A DNA stretch of 53,154 nucleotides from Candidatus Hydrogenedentota bacterium (GCA_034408725.1 JAWXCN010000053.1:1-53154); one strand, 5' to 3'. Positions 27,999 through 41,596 are shown, numbered from the stretch's first letter. A program made the numbers and translations. Notes: generated from the sequence alone by a model not told the origin.

Positions 27999-29573
27999 AT
28001 GAAGACGCAGAAAAAGGCGGGAGGTTCCAGCGGCGAATCCGTATGGATGGCCACGGGAAGCACCCCGTCTTTTCCGCGTCTTCAGGAAAACACACAGGCC
28101 GACGTTTGTATCGTCGGCGCGGGCATTGCCGGCATGAGCACGGCGTACATGGCCCTTCAAGCCGGGCAGTCCGTCATCGTATTGGACGATGGCCCGGTAG
28201 GCGGCGGCGTCACGCAGGCAACCACGGCGCATCTCTCGAACGCTATTGATGACCGGTTCTACCGCATCGAACGCATTCACGGGCCGGAAGGCGCGCGGCT
28301 GGCAGCCGAAAGCCATACCGCGGCGATTCACCGAATTGCTGGGATTGCGCAAAAAGAAGCTATCGCTTGCGATTTCGCATGGGTCGATGGTTACCTTTTC
28401 GCTCCACCAGACGAAAGCCAAGATATCATCGACCGCGAATTGGAGGCCGCGCACCGCGCCGGACTTGAGAGCGTAAGGAAAATTGCGCGCGCGCCCATTC
28501 GCGATTTTGACACAGGTCCGTGCCTTCTGTTTCCGAACCAGGCCCAGTTTCATCCCTTGCGCTATCTCGCCGGGTTGGCCGAGGCCATCGTGCGCGGCGG
28601 AGGGCGGATTTTCTCGCAAACGCATGCGGATAGAATCGAGGGCGGTCATCCCGCGCGCGTTTCCGCGGGCGACTACACGGTCACGTCGCAGGCGATCGTT
28701 GTCGCCACGAACACGCCGGTGAACGATTTGGTGGCAATCCACACCAAACAGGCGCCGTACATGACGTATGTCATCGGTGCGCCCATTCCGCGCGAAGCGG
28801 TTGCCAAGGCCCTCTACTGGGACCTGGACGATCCGTACCATTACATCCGGTATGCGGACGCCGATTCCGATCCGAAGGAACAAGGCGACGGCATGCTGAT
28901 TATCGGCGGAGAAGACCACAAAACCGGACAAGCGACTGACACTGAAGAACGGCATTCCCGGTTGGAGGCGTGGGCGCGGAAACGCTTTCCAGCAATGCGG
29001 GAAGTGGCCTACCGGTGGAGTGGCCAGGTGATGGAAACGACGGATGGCCTCGCCTTTATTGGCCGGAATCCGCTCGACAAAGAAAACGTATTTATTGTCA
29101 CGGGCGACTCCGGCATGGGCATAACCCACGGCGCCATTGCCGGCGTGCTTCTCACGGATCTGATCATGGGACGGGAAAACGCATGGGCCAGCCTGTACGA
29201 TCCATCGCGAATATCCTTGATGGCGTCAGCGGCTTATATCGGCGAAACCGTCAACATGGCAATGCAGTACAAGGACTGGTTGACCACTGGCGACGTGGGC
29301 AGCGAAGACGAAATTCAAAGCGACAGCGGCGCTATCATCCGGCGCGGGTTGAGCAAGTATGCGGTCTATCGCGATGCGGTCGGGGTAACACACGAATGCT
29401 CCGCCGTCTGCCCGCATCTCGGATGCATCGTGCAATGGAATCCGACGGAGAAAACCTGGGATTGCCCCTGCCACGGTTCGCGGTTCGACAAGTTCGGCGA
29501 GGTTATCAACGGTCCTGCGAACAAATCACTGTCACGATCCGCCGAAGTTAGCCAACACACCTCCAAAAGTTAG
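27999..29573 (+). CDS. FAD-dependent oxidoreductase with C-terminal Rieske domain (YhfW-like)
   Basis: IVGAGIAG FAD motif. Rieske CPHLGC...CPCHGSRF. Confidence 0.92.
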   Translation: MKTQKKAGGSSGESVWMATGSTPSFPRLQENTQADVCIVGAGIAGMSTAYMALQAGQSVIVLDDGPVGGGVTQATTAHLSNAIDDRFYRIERIHGPEGARLAAESHTAAIHRIAGIAQKEAIACDFAWVDGYLFAPPDESQDIIDRELEAAHRAGLESVRKIARAPIRDFDTGPCLLFPNQAQFHPLRYLAGLAEAIVRGGGRIFSQTHADRIEGGHPARVSAGDYTVTSQAIVVATNTPVNDLVAIHTKQAPYMTYVIGAPIPREAVAKALYWDLDDPYHYIRYADADSDPKEQGDGMLIIGGEDHKTGQATDTEERHSRLEAWARKRFPAMREVAYRWSGQVMETTDGLAFIGRNPLDKENVFIVTGDSGMGITHGAIAGVLLTDLIMGRENAWASLYDPSRISLMASAAYIGETVNMAMQYKDWLTTGDVGSEDEIQSDSGAIIRRGLSKYAVYRDAVGVTHECSAVCPHLGCIVQWNPTEKTWDCPCHGSRFDKFGEVINGPANKSLSRSAEVSQHTSKS

Positions 29574-29741
29574 CACGTGCGGCCCACACTAAAGGTCCTT
29601 ATGAAATCGCAGGCAAGGTTCCTACGAAATTGAGCGCGATTGCCCTGACACCTGAACAGGTTGCAAATCAGCGCGGCCCTGAGTAGCATGGAACGCAACT
29701 GAGTCAGCGATTCACATTCAACAGGCAAATCCAACAACCAC

Positions 29742-30179
29742 ATGCCGGTTCGCTACATCCATTCACGTTCTGCCTTGGCCCTGTTCGCGGTGGCCATCGC
29801 CGCGCTGCATCTCGTCGTTCCAGTGGGTACGCATGGCCGCGTCCTATGTTTTGGAGATGATGGTCACGTTGCGCTTGTCACCGCCGCGGAGGATGAATGC
29901 TGCGACCATGCTTCCGATGTGGCCGGCGGCGTTTCGATATCGCGGCTTCCCGGTTCCGGAAAAACCGGCGAATGCGTTGATTGCATTGACGTGCCACTAC
30001 CCAGCAGCGAGGAACGCGAACCGGCGCGTAAATCGCCCGGCGACGCTTCTAAAATAGTTTTGCCGGTTTACGCAAGCGCCATTATGACCCTTGTTACGCC
30101 GATTGGAGTTTTGTTACCGGCGCAATCCCGCATTCCCATTTGTTACGCCTCCCTCCGTTCAGTAACCCTCCTCATTTAG
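29742..30179 (+). CDS. Small Cys/His-rich exported or membrane protein preceding czcCBA (CzcI-like position)
   Basis: Hydrophobic N-terminus, VLCFGDDGH, ECCDH, CVDCID, C-terminal LRSVTLLI. Confidence 0.7.
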   Translation: MPVRYIHSRSALALFAVAIAALHLVVPVGTHGRVLCFGDDGHVALVTAAEDECCDHASDVAGGVSISRLPGSGKTGECVDCIDVPLPSSEEREPARKSPGDASKIVLPVYASAIMTLVTPIGVLLPAQSRIPICYASLRSVTLLI

Positions 30180-30263
30180 TCCAATTTCTTTCCCGATTTC
30201 TTATTGCGCGCATGCGTGTGCGCGCGCGTTCCATTCACGATGGATCATCGGAGAAGAAATACA

Positions 30264-30491
30264 ATGAACATCTCTTATAACCGGGCATTCCGGGTGGGCC
30301 GAATAAATACGTGCCTCGTCTTCCTATTCGTTCTCGCGCTACCGGGGTGCGCTGGTCAACAGCAGCGCGGGCACGCGGATTCGGAGTCTGCGCAGTCCAC
30401 CTCGGAAATTCGCAAGCCCGCGAAACGCACTCGACACTTCGGCCATGCCCATGGTCCGCGGCGCGCCACGTGCGGCCAGTTGGGCCAATAA
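30264..30491 (+). CDS. Putative small His-containing lipoprotein
   Basis: GGAGAAG RBS, lipobox-like LALPGC, HFGHAHG. Stop lies 1 nt before the czcC ATG. Confidence 0.45.
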   Translation: MNISYNRAFRVGRINTCLVFLFVLALPGCAGQQQRGHADSESAQSTSEIRKPAKRTRHFGHAHGPRRATCGQLGQ

Positions 30492-30492
30492 C

Positions 30493-32019
30493 ATGCGGAA
30501 ATTTCCACACTTCGCGGTTGCTCTCATCTTCCTGCATTTGTGCTCGATCACGCGTGCGTACTCCAGCGAGCCGGATTCCGAACCGGAAAATCCGGTTGGT
30601 GAAATCTCTCTACATCAGGCCCTGGCGCTTGTCATGCTACAGTCTCCTGCATTGCACGTGTACGCATGGGACATTCGCGCGGCGGAAGCCCGCGCGATTC
30701 AGGCGCGGCTTCGTCCGAATCCGCAACTATCAATCGAAATCGAAGACCTTCGTTTGGGCGATGGTCCAGGCAGTACCGCGCGGCGAATCGGCGCATCCAG
30801 TTCCCGCATCAGCGATACGTTAGCAATACCCACTGCAATCGGTGAAATCAATCTGCCCATTCGAGGGCGATCGCTGACACCGGAATTCGAGCGGTCTACT
30901 GAATCCGGCACCGAATCCGGGTTGCGGGAAGCCGAGATCACCCTCAGTCTTTCCCAGTTGGTTGAACTTGGCGGAAAACGGGCCAAGCGCATCCAATTGG
31001 CGAATCGCGAGCGAGACGTTGCTGTGTGGGATTACGAAGTGACGCGGGCGAATGTGCTCTCCGAGACTGCAAAGTCGTTCTATGCTGTCGTTTCCGCGCA
31101 AGAAAACCTGCGCCTCGCGGAAGAACTCGGCGCGTTGGCCAAACAAACGGCCGGCACGGTAGCGGCGCGTGTCGAAGCCGGAAAGGTTTCGCCGATTGAA
31201 TTGTCGACGGCGGAGGCTGAATTTGGTTCCGTGAAGCTTGGAATGGAACAGGCGCGGCAACAACTCGACGCAGCGCGTTACGAATTGGCGTCGCATTGGG
31301 GTGCTACATCACCACAGTTTAGTGAAGCGTCGGGAAGCCTCGGCAGTGTGCGAGAGATTCCAACGTTGGGCGCATTGCGCGCGGACATCGAGGCTTTGCC
31401 AGACCTTGCGCGCTGGACCGCGGAAGTTGCGCAGCGCGAAGCATCGATTGTGGTTGAGCGGGCAAACGCGCTGCCCGACCTGACAATCACGCTTGGACTT
31501 CGAAGTACGGGCATCGGCACCCGGAACGAAACCGGGGTCAGCGTGTCGGGCGCGGGTGATTTCGGGTACACGCGTTCAAGCGTCTCATCAGATGATTCTC
31601 GCGATCACTCGGTCGTGATCGGCGCGTCTTTGCCGCTGCCCATTTTTAATCGCAACCAGGGCCGCGTGCTTGAAGCGGAGAGTCTCGCCGCGAAGGCCGC
31701 GGATCAGCGGCGCGCCGCGGAAGTGAACCTGCACAAATCCTTGGGAATCGCGCACTGCGCCGCTGAAGCGGCGTTCCGCGAAACCGAATTGCTCGATCGG
31801 GAAGTGCTGCCAAAAGCCAAAGAGGCATTTGACGCGATAGTGGAAGGTTATCGGCAGGGCAAGTTCGGGTTGATGGACGTACTTCTGGCGGAACGCACCC
31901 TGTTTGCTGCGCAGCGTCAGCAGCTCGAGGCGCGAACGCGATTTCATCAACACGCCCTCGACGTGGAACGCCTCACGGGGCGCGCCACGACTGAGGCATC
32001 TCCCGAGGATCAATTATGA
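30493..32019 (+). CDS. czcC: TolC-family outer membrane efflux protein (CzcC-like)
   Basis: RPNPQLS, SQLVELGGKRAKR, LPLPIFNRNQG, GYRQGKFGLMDVL. Confidence 0.88.
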   Translation: MRKFPHFAVALIFLHLCSITRAYSSEPDSEPENPVGEISLHQALALVMLQSPALHVYAWDIRAAEARAIQARLRPNPQLSIEIEDLRLGDGPGSTARRIGASSSRISDTLAIPTAIGEINLPIRGRSLTPEFERSTESGTESGLREAEITLSLSQLVELGGKRAKRIQLANRERDVAVWDYEVTRANVLSETAKSFYAVVSAQENLRLAEELGALAKQTAGTVAARVEAGKVSPIELSTAEAEFGSVKLGMEQARQQLDAARYELASHWGATSPQFSEASGSLGSVREIPTLGALRADIEALPDLARWTAEVAQREASIVVERANALPDLTITLGLRSTGIGTRNETGVSVSGAGDFGYTRSSVSSDDSRDHSVVIGASLPLPIFNRNQGRVLEAESLAAKAADQRRAAEVNLHKSLGIAHCAAEAAFRETELLDREVLPKAKEAFDAIVEGYRQGKFGLMDVLLAERTLFAAQRQQLEARTRFHQHALDVERLTGRATTEASPEDQL

Positions 32020-33572
32020 AAGCCATGAACCTGATTATCGCCGCGGTGATCGTCCTGCTGGGCGCGGGCGGCGCTTACTATATTTGGACGTCCGAATGGG
32101 CCGCGAGCACTTCGGGCGGAGACGAACACGGGCATGGACACGACGATCACGCCGAAGGCGAAGGAGGCCATGGCCACGCAGAGGAAGGCGTTCACGAAGA
32201 CGAAGGTGAACGGGGTCCACATGGTGGGCGGTCGCTTCACGGAGAAGGACTCGATCTTGAAATCACCGTGTTCGAGTCCGGCGTGCCGCCCGAATTTCGG
32301 GTCTTTCCGTATGCCGGCGAAAAGCCCGTGCCGGCGGGAGATGTGCAGCTCACAATCCTTCTCCATCGCCTGGGGGGACGCACCGATACCATAACCTTCA
32401 CGCCCAGCGGCGACTTTCTCAAGAGCAATCAGGAAGTGGAGGAACCGCACTCGTTCGATGTTGAAGTCAAAGCAGAGCATTCCGGGAAACCGTTCACGTG
32501 GAGCTATGAAAGTTACGAGGGTCGCGTCGAGATAAGCGAGGAATCCGCGCGCGAGGGAGGACTGGAAACCCAACCGGCTGGCCCCGGCGCGATCAGTGAA
32601 GTTGTGACACTGCCTGGTGAAATAAAACTTAACGAAAACCAAATTGTACACGTCGTCCCACGCTTGCCCGGTCTGGTGCGTGAGGTTAACAAGTACCGTG
32701 GTGACGTAGTGAAAAAGGGCGATCTTCTGGCCATCATTGACAGCCGGGAACTCGCCGACGCCAAAAGCGGATTGCTTGCGGACCTGCAGCGCCGAGAACT
32801 GGCGCGGGTCCGGTCCAACCGGGAGAAGGACCTGTTCGACAAGAAAATCTCCTCGGAAGAGGACTATTTGACAGCAAAGCAGGCCCTTGCCGAACTGGAC
32901 GTGAGTGTACGCACAGCAGAACAGAAACTACATTCCATCGGCCTCTCATCGGAACAGATTGCGGAAATACGCAGCGGAAACGGCCATGCGCTGACGGACT
33001 ATCCGATTCACTCTCCAATCGATGGAACCATCATCGAAAAGCATATGAGCATTGGCGAAGCTGTTGCCTCCGACGCCGACGCCTTCGTTATTGCCGATCT
33101 CAGCTCTGTTTGGGTGGAAGTGGTCGTCTATGCCGCGGACCTTAAACGCATTCGCGAAAAGCACCCTGTCACGGTGCATTCCCAAGACTTGGGCATGGAT
33201 GCCCTGGGCACAATTTCGTTTGTCGGCGCGCTCGTCGGGGAACAGACCCGCACGGCCAAGGCGATTGTAGATCTTCCCAATCCGGACGGACTGTGGCGTC
33301 CCGGTCTATTCGTGACCATCAGCCTGGCTGACGAGGAGACGGTGGTTCCGATTGCCGTACCGGTCGATGCGATTCAAACCTTCCGCGATTGGTCAGTCGT
33401 ATTCATTGCGGTCGCGGACACGTACGAAGTGCGCCCCGTCGAGCTGGGCCGAAGCGACGGCAGGCTCGTCGAAATTGTAAGCGGTTTGGACCCCGGCGAG
33501 TTATACGTCAGTAAGAACAGCTATCTGATCAAAGCTGACATAGAAAAGGCCGGCGCCGCGCACGATCACTGA
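32016..33572 (+). CDS. czcB: RND membrane fusion protein with His-rich N-terminus (CzcB-like)
   Basis: His/Glu-rich tract, GPHGG, SPIDGTII, ADLSSVWV, WRPGLFV, C-terminal AAHDH. Confidence 0.9.
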   Translation: MKAMNLIIAAVIVLLGAGGAYYIWTSEWAASTSGGDEHGHGHDDHAEGEGGHGHAEEGVHEDEGERGPHGGRSLHGEGLDLEITVFESGVPPEFRVFPYAGEKPVPAGDVQLTILLHRLGGRTDTITFTPSGDFLKSNQEVEEPHSFDVEVKAEHSGKPFTWSYESYEGRVEISEESAREGGLETQPAGPGAISEVVTLPGEIKLNENQIVHVVPRLPGLVREVNKYRGDVVKKGDLLAIIDSRELADAKSGLLADLQRRELARVRSNREKDLFDKKISSEEDYLTAKQALAELDVSVRTAEQKLHSIGLSSEQIAEIRSGNGHALTDYPIHSPIDGTIIEKHMSIGEAVASDADAFVIADLSSVWVEVVVYAADLKRIREKHPVTVHSQDLGMDALGTISFVGALVGEQTRTAKAIVDLPNPDGLWRPGLFVTISLADEETVVPIAVPVDAIQTFRDWSVVFIAVADTYEVRPVELGRSDGRLVEIVSGLDPGELYVSKNSYLIKADIEKAGAAHDH

Positions 33573-33598
33573 GGGAAGTCCGTTCCCAGCAGAACTGA

Positions 33599-36793
<3,195 letters not shown>

Positions 36794-36827
36794 CAACAGC
36801 GGTTGATCATTCTCATGGAGCACTGAC

Positions 36828-39044
36828 ATGAAAGAAGTGTCCTACAAAATCGAGGGAATGGACTGCGCGGAGGAAGTAGCGGTTCTAAAAAACGCTCTTG
36901 CAGATCTTTCCGGAGTTAACGACCTTCGTTTCGACATTCTAAACGGAAAAATGTCCGTTTCGCTTGAAGACGGCGCAACGGGTTCGAGCGCCATCGTAGA
37001 TGCGGTCCAACGAACTGGAATGCGCGCGATTCCATGGGACGACTCCAAGCCCATCGCGCATACCGAAGGCAAAGGGCTTGGAAACAACCGCACGCGCTTC
37101 ACGGTCCTGAGTGGAGCGATGGTCGTATCCGGGTTTCTGACGCATGGGTTTCAAAGCGGCTTCGGCGTGGCATTGGCAGAAAGCAGTGATACTGTCCCCC
37201 TCGCTTCCAAGTTATTTTTCTTGATCGCGATTGTCGCGGGCATTTGGTTTGTAGTCCCAAAGGCTTGGTACGCGCTTCGCCAATTGCGTCCGGACATGAA
37301 TCTGTTGATGGTGATAGCGATCAGCGGCGCTGTGTTGATCAACGAATGGCCAGAAGCCGCAATGGTCGCCTTCTTGTTCGCATTGTCGAATACGCTCGAA
37401 TCGTGGAGTGTTGGCCGCGCGCGGCGGGCCGTTGCCGCATTGATGGCATTGACACCTCCCAAAGCCCGCGTGCTTCACGATCAGGCTCACGCGGCTCATG
37501 AGCAGCAAGAGCACAACCATGAACACATGATGGATGTTGCCGGTGTCCCGATTGGTTCCACAGTCCTGGTCAAACCCGGCGAAAAGTTTCCCTTGGACGG
37601 AAAGATCGCCAAGGGCGATACTGCTGTAAATCAGGCCCCGATCACCGGCGAATCCATGCCGGTTTCAAAGGTGGTGGGAGACGATATATTTGCCGGCACA
37701 ATCAACGGGGACGGCGCTGTCGAGTTTGTTACCACCAAGCTTGCCGCAGACACTACGGTCGCCCACATCATCCAAATGGTAAGCGACGCGCAAAGCCGGC
37801 GTTCACCAAGCGAACAATGGGTCGAAACGTTCGCCCGCTGGTACACACCGGCAGTCATGTTCCTGGCGTTGGGCGTCATACTTGTCCCGCCGCTATTGTT
37901 GGACGGATTATGGTCAAAGTGGTTCTACGAAGGCCTCGTACTACTCGTGATCGCGTGTCCTTGCGCCCTGGTCATTTCCACGCCCGTCAGCATTGTGTCG
38001 TCGTTGGCGTCCGCGGCGCGGCACGGCGTCCTTATCAAAGGAGGTTTGTTCGTCGAGCTTCCGGCCCGCTTAAAGGCAGTGGCGCTGGACAAGACGGGCA
38101 CACTTACACTTGGCCGGCCAGAGGTAAAACAAATCGTGCCGCTGTCCGGCCATACCGACAAGGAGTTGATCGAGATCGCGGCCGCTATCGAATCGCAGTC
38201 CGAACATCCGCTGGCCCACGCGGTTATCAAGCACGCCGAATCGTTGGGAATCCGGCCAAAACCCGCGGTGTCTTTTCAGGTGCTCAAGGGTAAAGGCGCT
38301 ACCGCCGTACTGAATGGCGTACCCGTATGGATAGGGTCACACCGCTACCTGGAAGAGCGGGGTCAAGAAACGCCTGAAATGCACCGCGTCTTGGATGAGT
38401 TGTCTTCGGCAGGCGCCAGCGTATTGATTGCCGGAAATAACGAGCACGTCTGCGGCTTCATCGCCGTCGCCGACGCCATTCGCCCCAATGCAAAGGCCGC
38501 CGTTCAAGAACTCAAGACGGCGGGCATTGAACACGTCATCATGCTGACGGGAGATAACCGGCCTACGGCTGAATCTGTCGCGCAACAGACGGGTGTCGAC
38601 GAAACACGCGCCGAGTTGCTTCCCGAAGACAAAGTGGATGCAATCGAAGAATTGGTCGCGAAATATGGGGCGGTGGCCATGATTGGCGACGGCGTCAACG
38701 ATGCGCCCGCCATGGCGCGCGCAACTTTGGGAATCGCAATGGGCGCCGCGGGAACGGACGCCGCCATCGAAACCGCGGACATCGCCTTGATGAGCGACGA
38801 TCTATCGCGGTTGGCGTGGCTCATCCGCCATTCGCGCCGGACTCTTGCAATCATCAAGCAAAACATTGTTGCATCTCTGACCGTTAAAGCCGCGTTCGTC
38901 TTGTTGGCGTTCTCCGGTCACGCTTCGCTTTGGGCTGCTATCGCCGCCGATACCGGAATGTCGCTGCTCGTTGTTCTCAATGCGCTAAGGCTTCTTTCGT
39001 CGCCTAAAAAGAATGACCGCAACGGTCCAGCGCATCGTGAGTAA
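36828..39044 (+). CDS. P1B-type heavy-metal ATPase (ZntA/CadA-like, Zn/Cd/Pb)
   Basis: GMDCAEE metal-binding domain, TGES, CPC, DKTGT, SEHP, GDGVNDAPA, internal His tract. Confidence 0.95.
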   Translation: MKEVSYKIEGMDCAEEVAVLKNALADLSGVNDLRFDILNGKMSVSLEDGATGSSAIVDAVQRTGMRAIPWDDSKPIAHTEGKGLGNNRTRFTVLSGAMVVSGFLTHGFQSGFGVALAESSDTVPLASKLFFLIAIVAGIWFVVPKAWYALRQLRPDMNLLMVIAISGAVLINEWPEAAMVAFLFALSNTLESWSVGRARRAVAALMALTPPKARVLHDQAHAAHEQQEHNHEHMMDVAGVPIGSTVLVKPGEKFPLDGKIAKGDTAVNQAPITGESMPVSKVVGDDIFAGTINGDGAVEFVTTKLAADTTVAHIIQMVSDAQSRRSPSEQWVETFARWYTPAVMFLALGVILVPPLLLDGLWSKWFYEGLVLLVIACPCALVISTPVSIVSSLASAARHGVLIKGGLFVELPARLKAVALDKTGTLTLGRPEVKQIVPLSGHTDKELIEIAAAIESQSEHPLAHAVIKHAESLGIRPKPAVSFQVLKGKGATAVLNGVPVWIGSHRYLEERGQETPEMHRVLDELSSAGASVLIAGNNEHVCGFIAVADAIRPNAKAAVQELKTAGIEHVIMLTGDNRPTAESVAQQTGVDETRAELLPEDKVDAIEELVAKYGAVAMIGDGVNDAPAMARATLGIAMGAAGTDAAIETADIALMSDDLSRLAWLIRHSRRTLAIIKQNIVASLTVKAAFVLLAFSGHASLWAAIAADTGMSLLVVLNALRLLSSPKKNDRNGPAHRE

Positions 39045-39059
39045 AAAACTGGCGCAGGC

Positions 39060-40691
39060 TCAGCGGTGTCGTTGCCACTCGAGCGCCAGCGGCACTGTCG
39101 CCAGTGGTGCCGCCGGAAGCATCAGCAGCGCCGCTAAAATGAACACCGGACCGCCGAAATCGATCGCGCTTTCGAAATTCAACGCGAGCAGTACCAGCCC
39201 AATCCAACTCAGAATGGCAACTCCAAGTTTTATCGGGCCGATGTAGCCGCGATACGCCGCAATGAATATCGCCGCGAAGCCCGCAATACCCATTAGCACC
39301 GCCATTGTGTTGACGAACACCTCCATCGGTGTCGTGAAATTGCCGGTCTGCGGGTCCATTACATACAGGCCGCCCGTATAGAAACGCCACGCAGCTACCA
39401 TAAAGCCCGCGAGCCAGACGAAGAATCCGGACACACGCGCAAGCCAGAATAGTGCCCATACACCAAGCACCGTGGACGCCCCCAGGAACGCCAGCAGCAA
39501 CACGCCCTCTGCGAAGGGTCCACTGGTAGACGTGATCACGCGAAGGTCCTGCACAAGCGATGCAAGTATCGCGTCATGGGGAAACTTGATCTTGAAGATG
39601 ATGACAAACACGACACCGAGCAAAATGTAGGCCCAAACCATGGCCTTCAACCCCGCGCGAAGGCGCGCGCGCGCGATGAGCGCTGTCGTCAATGGACGCG
39701 CGCCGACAAACCATTGATACTCCGAACCCGTCCGCGTTACCGAATAGCCCACAAGGCTCGCCACGACTGCGGGGGCCACTGCCAGAAGATAGAAGGAGAG
39801 CGTAAACCGGTTCCCCGCTTCACCAGGAACGACCCCAAAACTGAACGTAAGCAGGATGCCGAGCGCGAGCGCGACCCAGGGAAACAAATATGCGCCGCGC
39901 CGCCATTCGAGCCAGCGCTGGGCTTCCTCCGGCGAGCGGAACTCGGTGCGTTCGCGATCAAAATACGTCACGCGCTGCGCAATGCGCACAATCCGCCCGA
40001 CCCGATCCTCCGGCACTTCGCTACGCGCCTGTCGCGCGCCAACATAGGCCACCACAAACCAGTAGGGAAGCAGGAGCATCGCCATCGGCGCACCACCGGA
40101 CCCAAGGTCCGGCACTGTTGAGTCGGGACTCATGGGAGAAGGCAACGCGAGGTGCGATTGAATCGCGCCAAACAAATAGGCAAACCCCGGCGTTGCAGCC
40201 ACTAAAGTCGCGACGAAAATGGCGGCGCCCGTGCCCGTGCCAAATCCGCAAACCAGAAACACAAAGGCATGCGCGGCGGCGACCAGAGACATCAACAGCC
40301 ACACCTGCGGGCCAATGAGAAAGACGTCGCGCACGAACGCATCGCAAATCCATCCGGTAAGCGTTGCGAAGAACGCTATCACCGCCAACCGGTAAATTAA
40401 GGGCGCGGCGACGAGCACGAAGGTGTGCGCGGGCAGGACGAGCATGCGCCGTGGATATGCGAAATCAATCCGGCCGCGGGCTTCCTGGACAAACAAGAGC
40501 ACCGCGGCGCCGATGGCAGGCAAATATGCGGCGCCAACGACAAGCGTATGGTTCAACGCGAAGATGTACATCACCAAATCGTGAAACAGCGCAACGAGCA
40601 GCGCATAGAGCACGAGCGTGCCCAGCACGATGCCAAGGCCTTTCGCGGTCTGCCGCCACTGTTCCCACAGAAAAATGAGGGTGCTCCGCAT
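39060..40691 (-). CDS. Putative ABC exporter permease (about 12 TMs, two repeated halves)
   Basis: Hydrophobic. Paired WEQWR/WLEWR and LVLPA/GARPL motifs. Lies directly downstream of the ATPase. Confidence 0.75.
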   Translation of the reverse strand: MRSTLIFLWEQWRQTAKGLGIVLGTLVLYALLVALFHDLVMYIFALNHTLVVGAAYLPAIGAAVLLFVQEARGRIDFAYPRRMLVLPAHTFVLVAAPLIYRLAVIAFFATLTGWICDAFVRDVFLIGPQVWLLMSLVAAAHAFVFLVCGFGTGTGAAIFVATLVAATPGFAYLFGAIQSHLALPSPMSPDSTVPDLGSGGAPMAMLLLPYWFVVAYVGARQARSEVPEDRVGRIVRIAQRVTYFDRERTEFRSPEEAQRWLEWRRGAYLFPWVALALGILLTFSFGVVPGEAGNRFTLSFYLLAVAPAVVASLVGYSVTRTGSEYQWFVGARPLTTALIARARLRAGLKAMVWAYILLGVVFVIIFKIKFPHDAILASLVQDLRVITSTSGPFAEGVLLLAFLGASTVLGVWALFWLARVSGFFVWLAGFMVAAWRFYTGGLYVMDPQTGNFTTPMEVFVNTMAVLMGIAGFAAIFIAAYRGYIGPIKLGVAILSWIGLVLLALNFESAIDFGGPVFILAALLMLPAAPLATVPLALEWQRHR

Positions 40692-40696
40692 GCCCG

Positions 40697-41596
40697 TTAC
40701 TCGCCCGTCCCGCTGAGGCGTTTGCCCGCGCGCGCGACGAAAATGTCATCAAGAATCGCGGGGCCTGACTCCGCCACTTCGAATCCTTTTTGTATGGCCT
40801 CGGCGCGCGCGGCCGCGAGATCGCCCTGGCAGATGACGGTCCAGCGGTTTGCAACGCCTTCGGCAGACAGCGCACTGGATAACGCGCCCAAGGGCGATTG
40901 ACCGTTTCGCGCAACGAGGACGAGACGCTGATGCGAACTCAGCACGTCGGCCAGCGGATTGTCGAGAATGATTTTGCCGGCGCTGATCATCACGACGCGG
41001 TCTGAAATCGTTTCAACTTCATGGAGCAGGTGCGACGAAAAGAGCGCCGTCCGGCCTTCGTTCGCCACCTCGCGCAGTACCGCGCCTAGAATGTCGCGCC
41101 GCACAATGGGATCGAGCCCGGATGAAGGCTCGTCCAACACCAGCAATTCGGGGCGATGTGCCAGCGCGGTCAACAACCCGGCCTTCGCAGTCTGGCCCAT
41201 CGACAGTGTGCGAATTTTGGCCGAGGGGTCAAGCGCGAACATTTCCAGAAGCCGTTGCGCATATGCCGGGTCCCAGCGGGGATACAGCGCGCGCGTGTAG
41301 CGCAGAAGTTCGTCGATTCGCATCCAGCCCGGCATATCGCGGTGTTCGGAGAGGTATCCAATGCGGCTGAGCGTTTCGTGCGGTCTTTTGACGGGATTCA
41401 TGCCGAATACTTCGACCGAGCCCGCTTGCGCGCGCAACAGTCCCATGACGTGCTTGATCAGCGTAGTTTTCCCCGCGCCATTCTCGCCCACAAGTCCGAC
41501 CACGCCCCCGCGCGGGATGGTGAGCGAGACATCGTCCAGCGCCAACACGCGCCGGTACTTGCGCGATACACCCTTGATTACAACCACTGATTCCAT
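40697..41596 (-). CDS. ABC transporter ATP-binding protein
   Basis: GENGAGKTT, LSMGQ, LLVLDEPSSGLD, SSH. Confidence 0.95.
   Translation of the reverse strand: MESVVVIKGVSRKYRRVLALDDVSLTIPRGGVVGLVGENGAGKTTLIKHVMGLLRAQAGSVEVFGMNPVKRPHETLSRIGYLSEHRDMPGWMRIDELLRYTRALYPRWDPAYAQRLLEMFALDPSAKIRTLSMGQTAKAGLLTALAHRPELLVLDEPSSGLDPIVRRDILGAVLREVANEGRTALFSSHLLHEVETISDRVVMISAGKIILDNPLADVLSSHQRLVLVARNGQSPLGALSSALSAEGVANRWTVICQGDLAAARAEAIQKGFEVAESGPAILDDIFVARAGKRLSGTGE

Noticed and set aside
27825..29129. 434-aa minus-strand ORF
   Set aside because: Shadow of the YhfW-like oxidoreductase, which has clear FAD and Rieske motifs.
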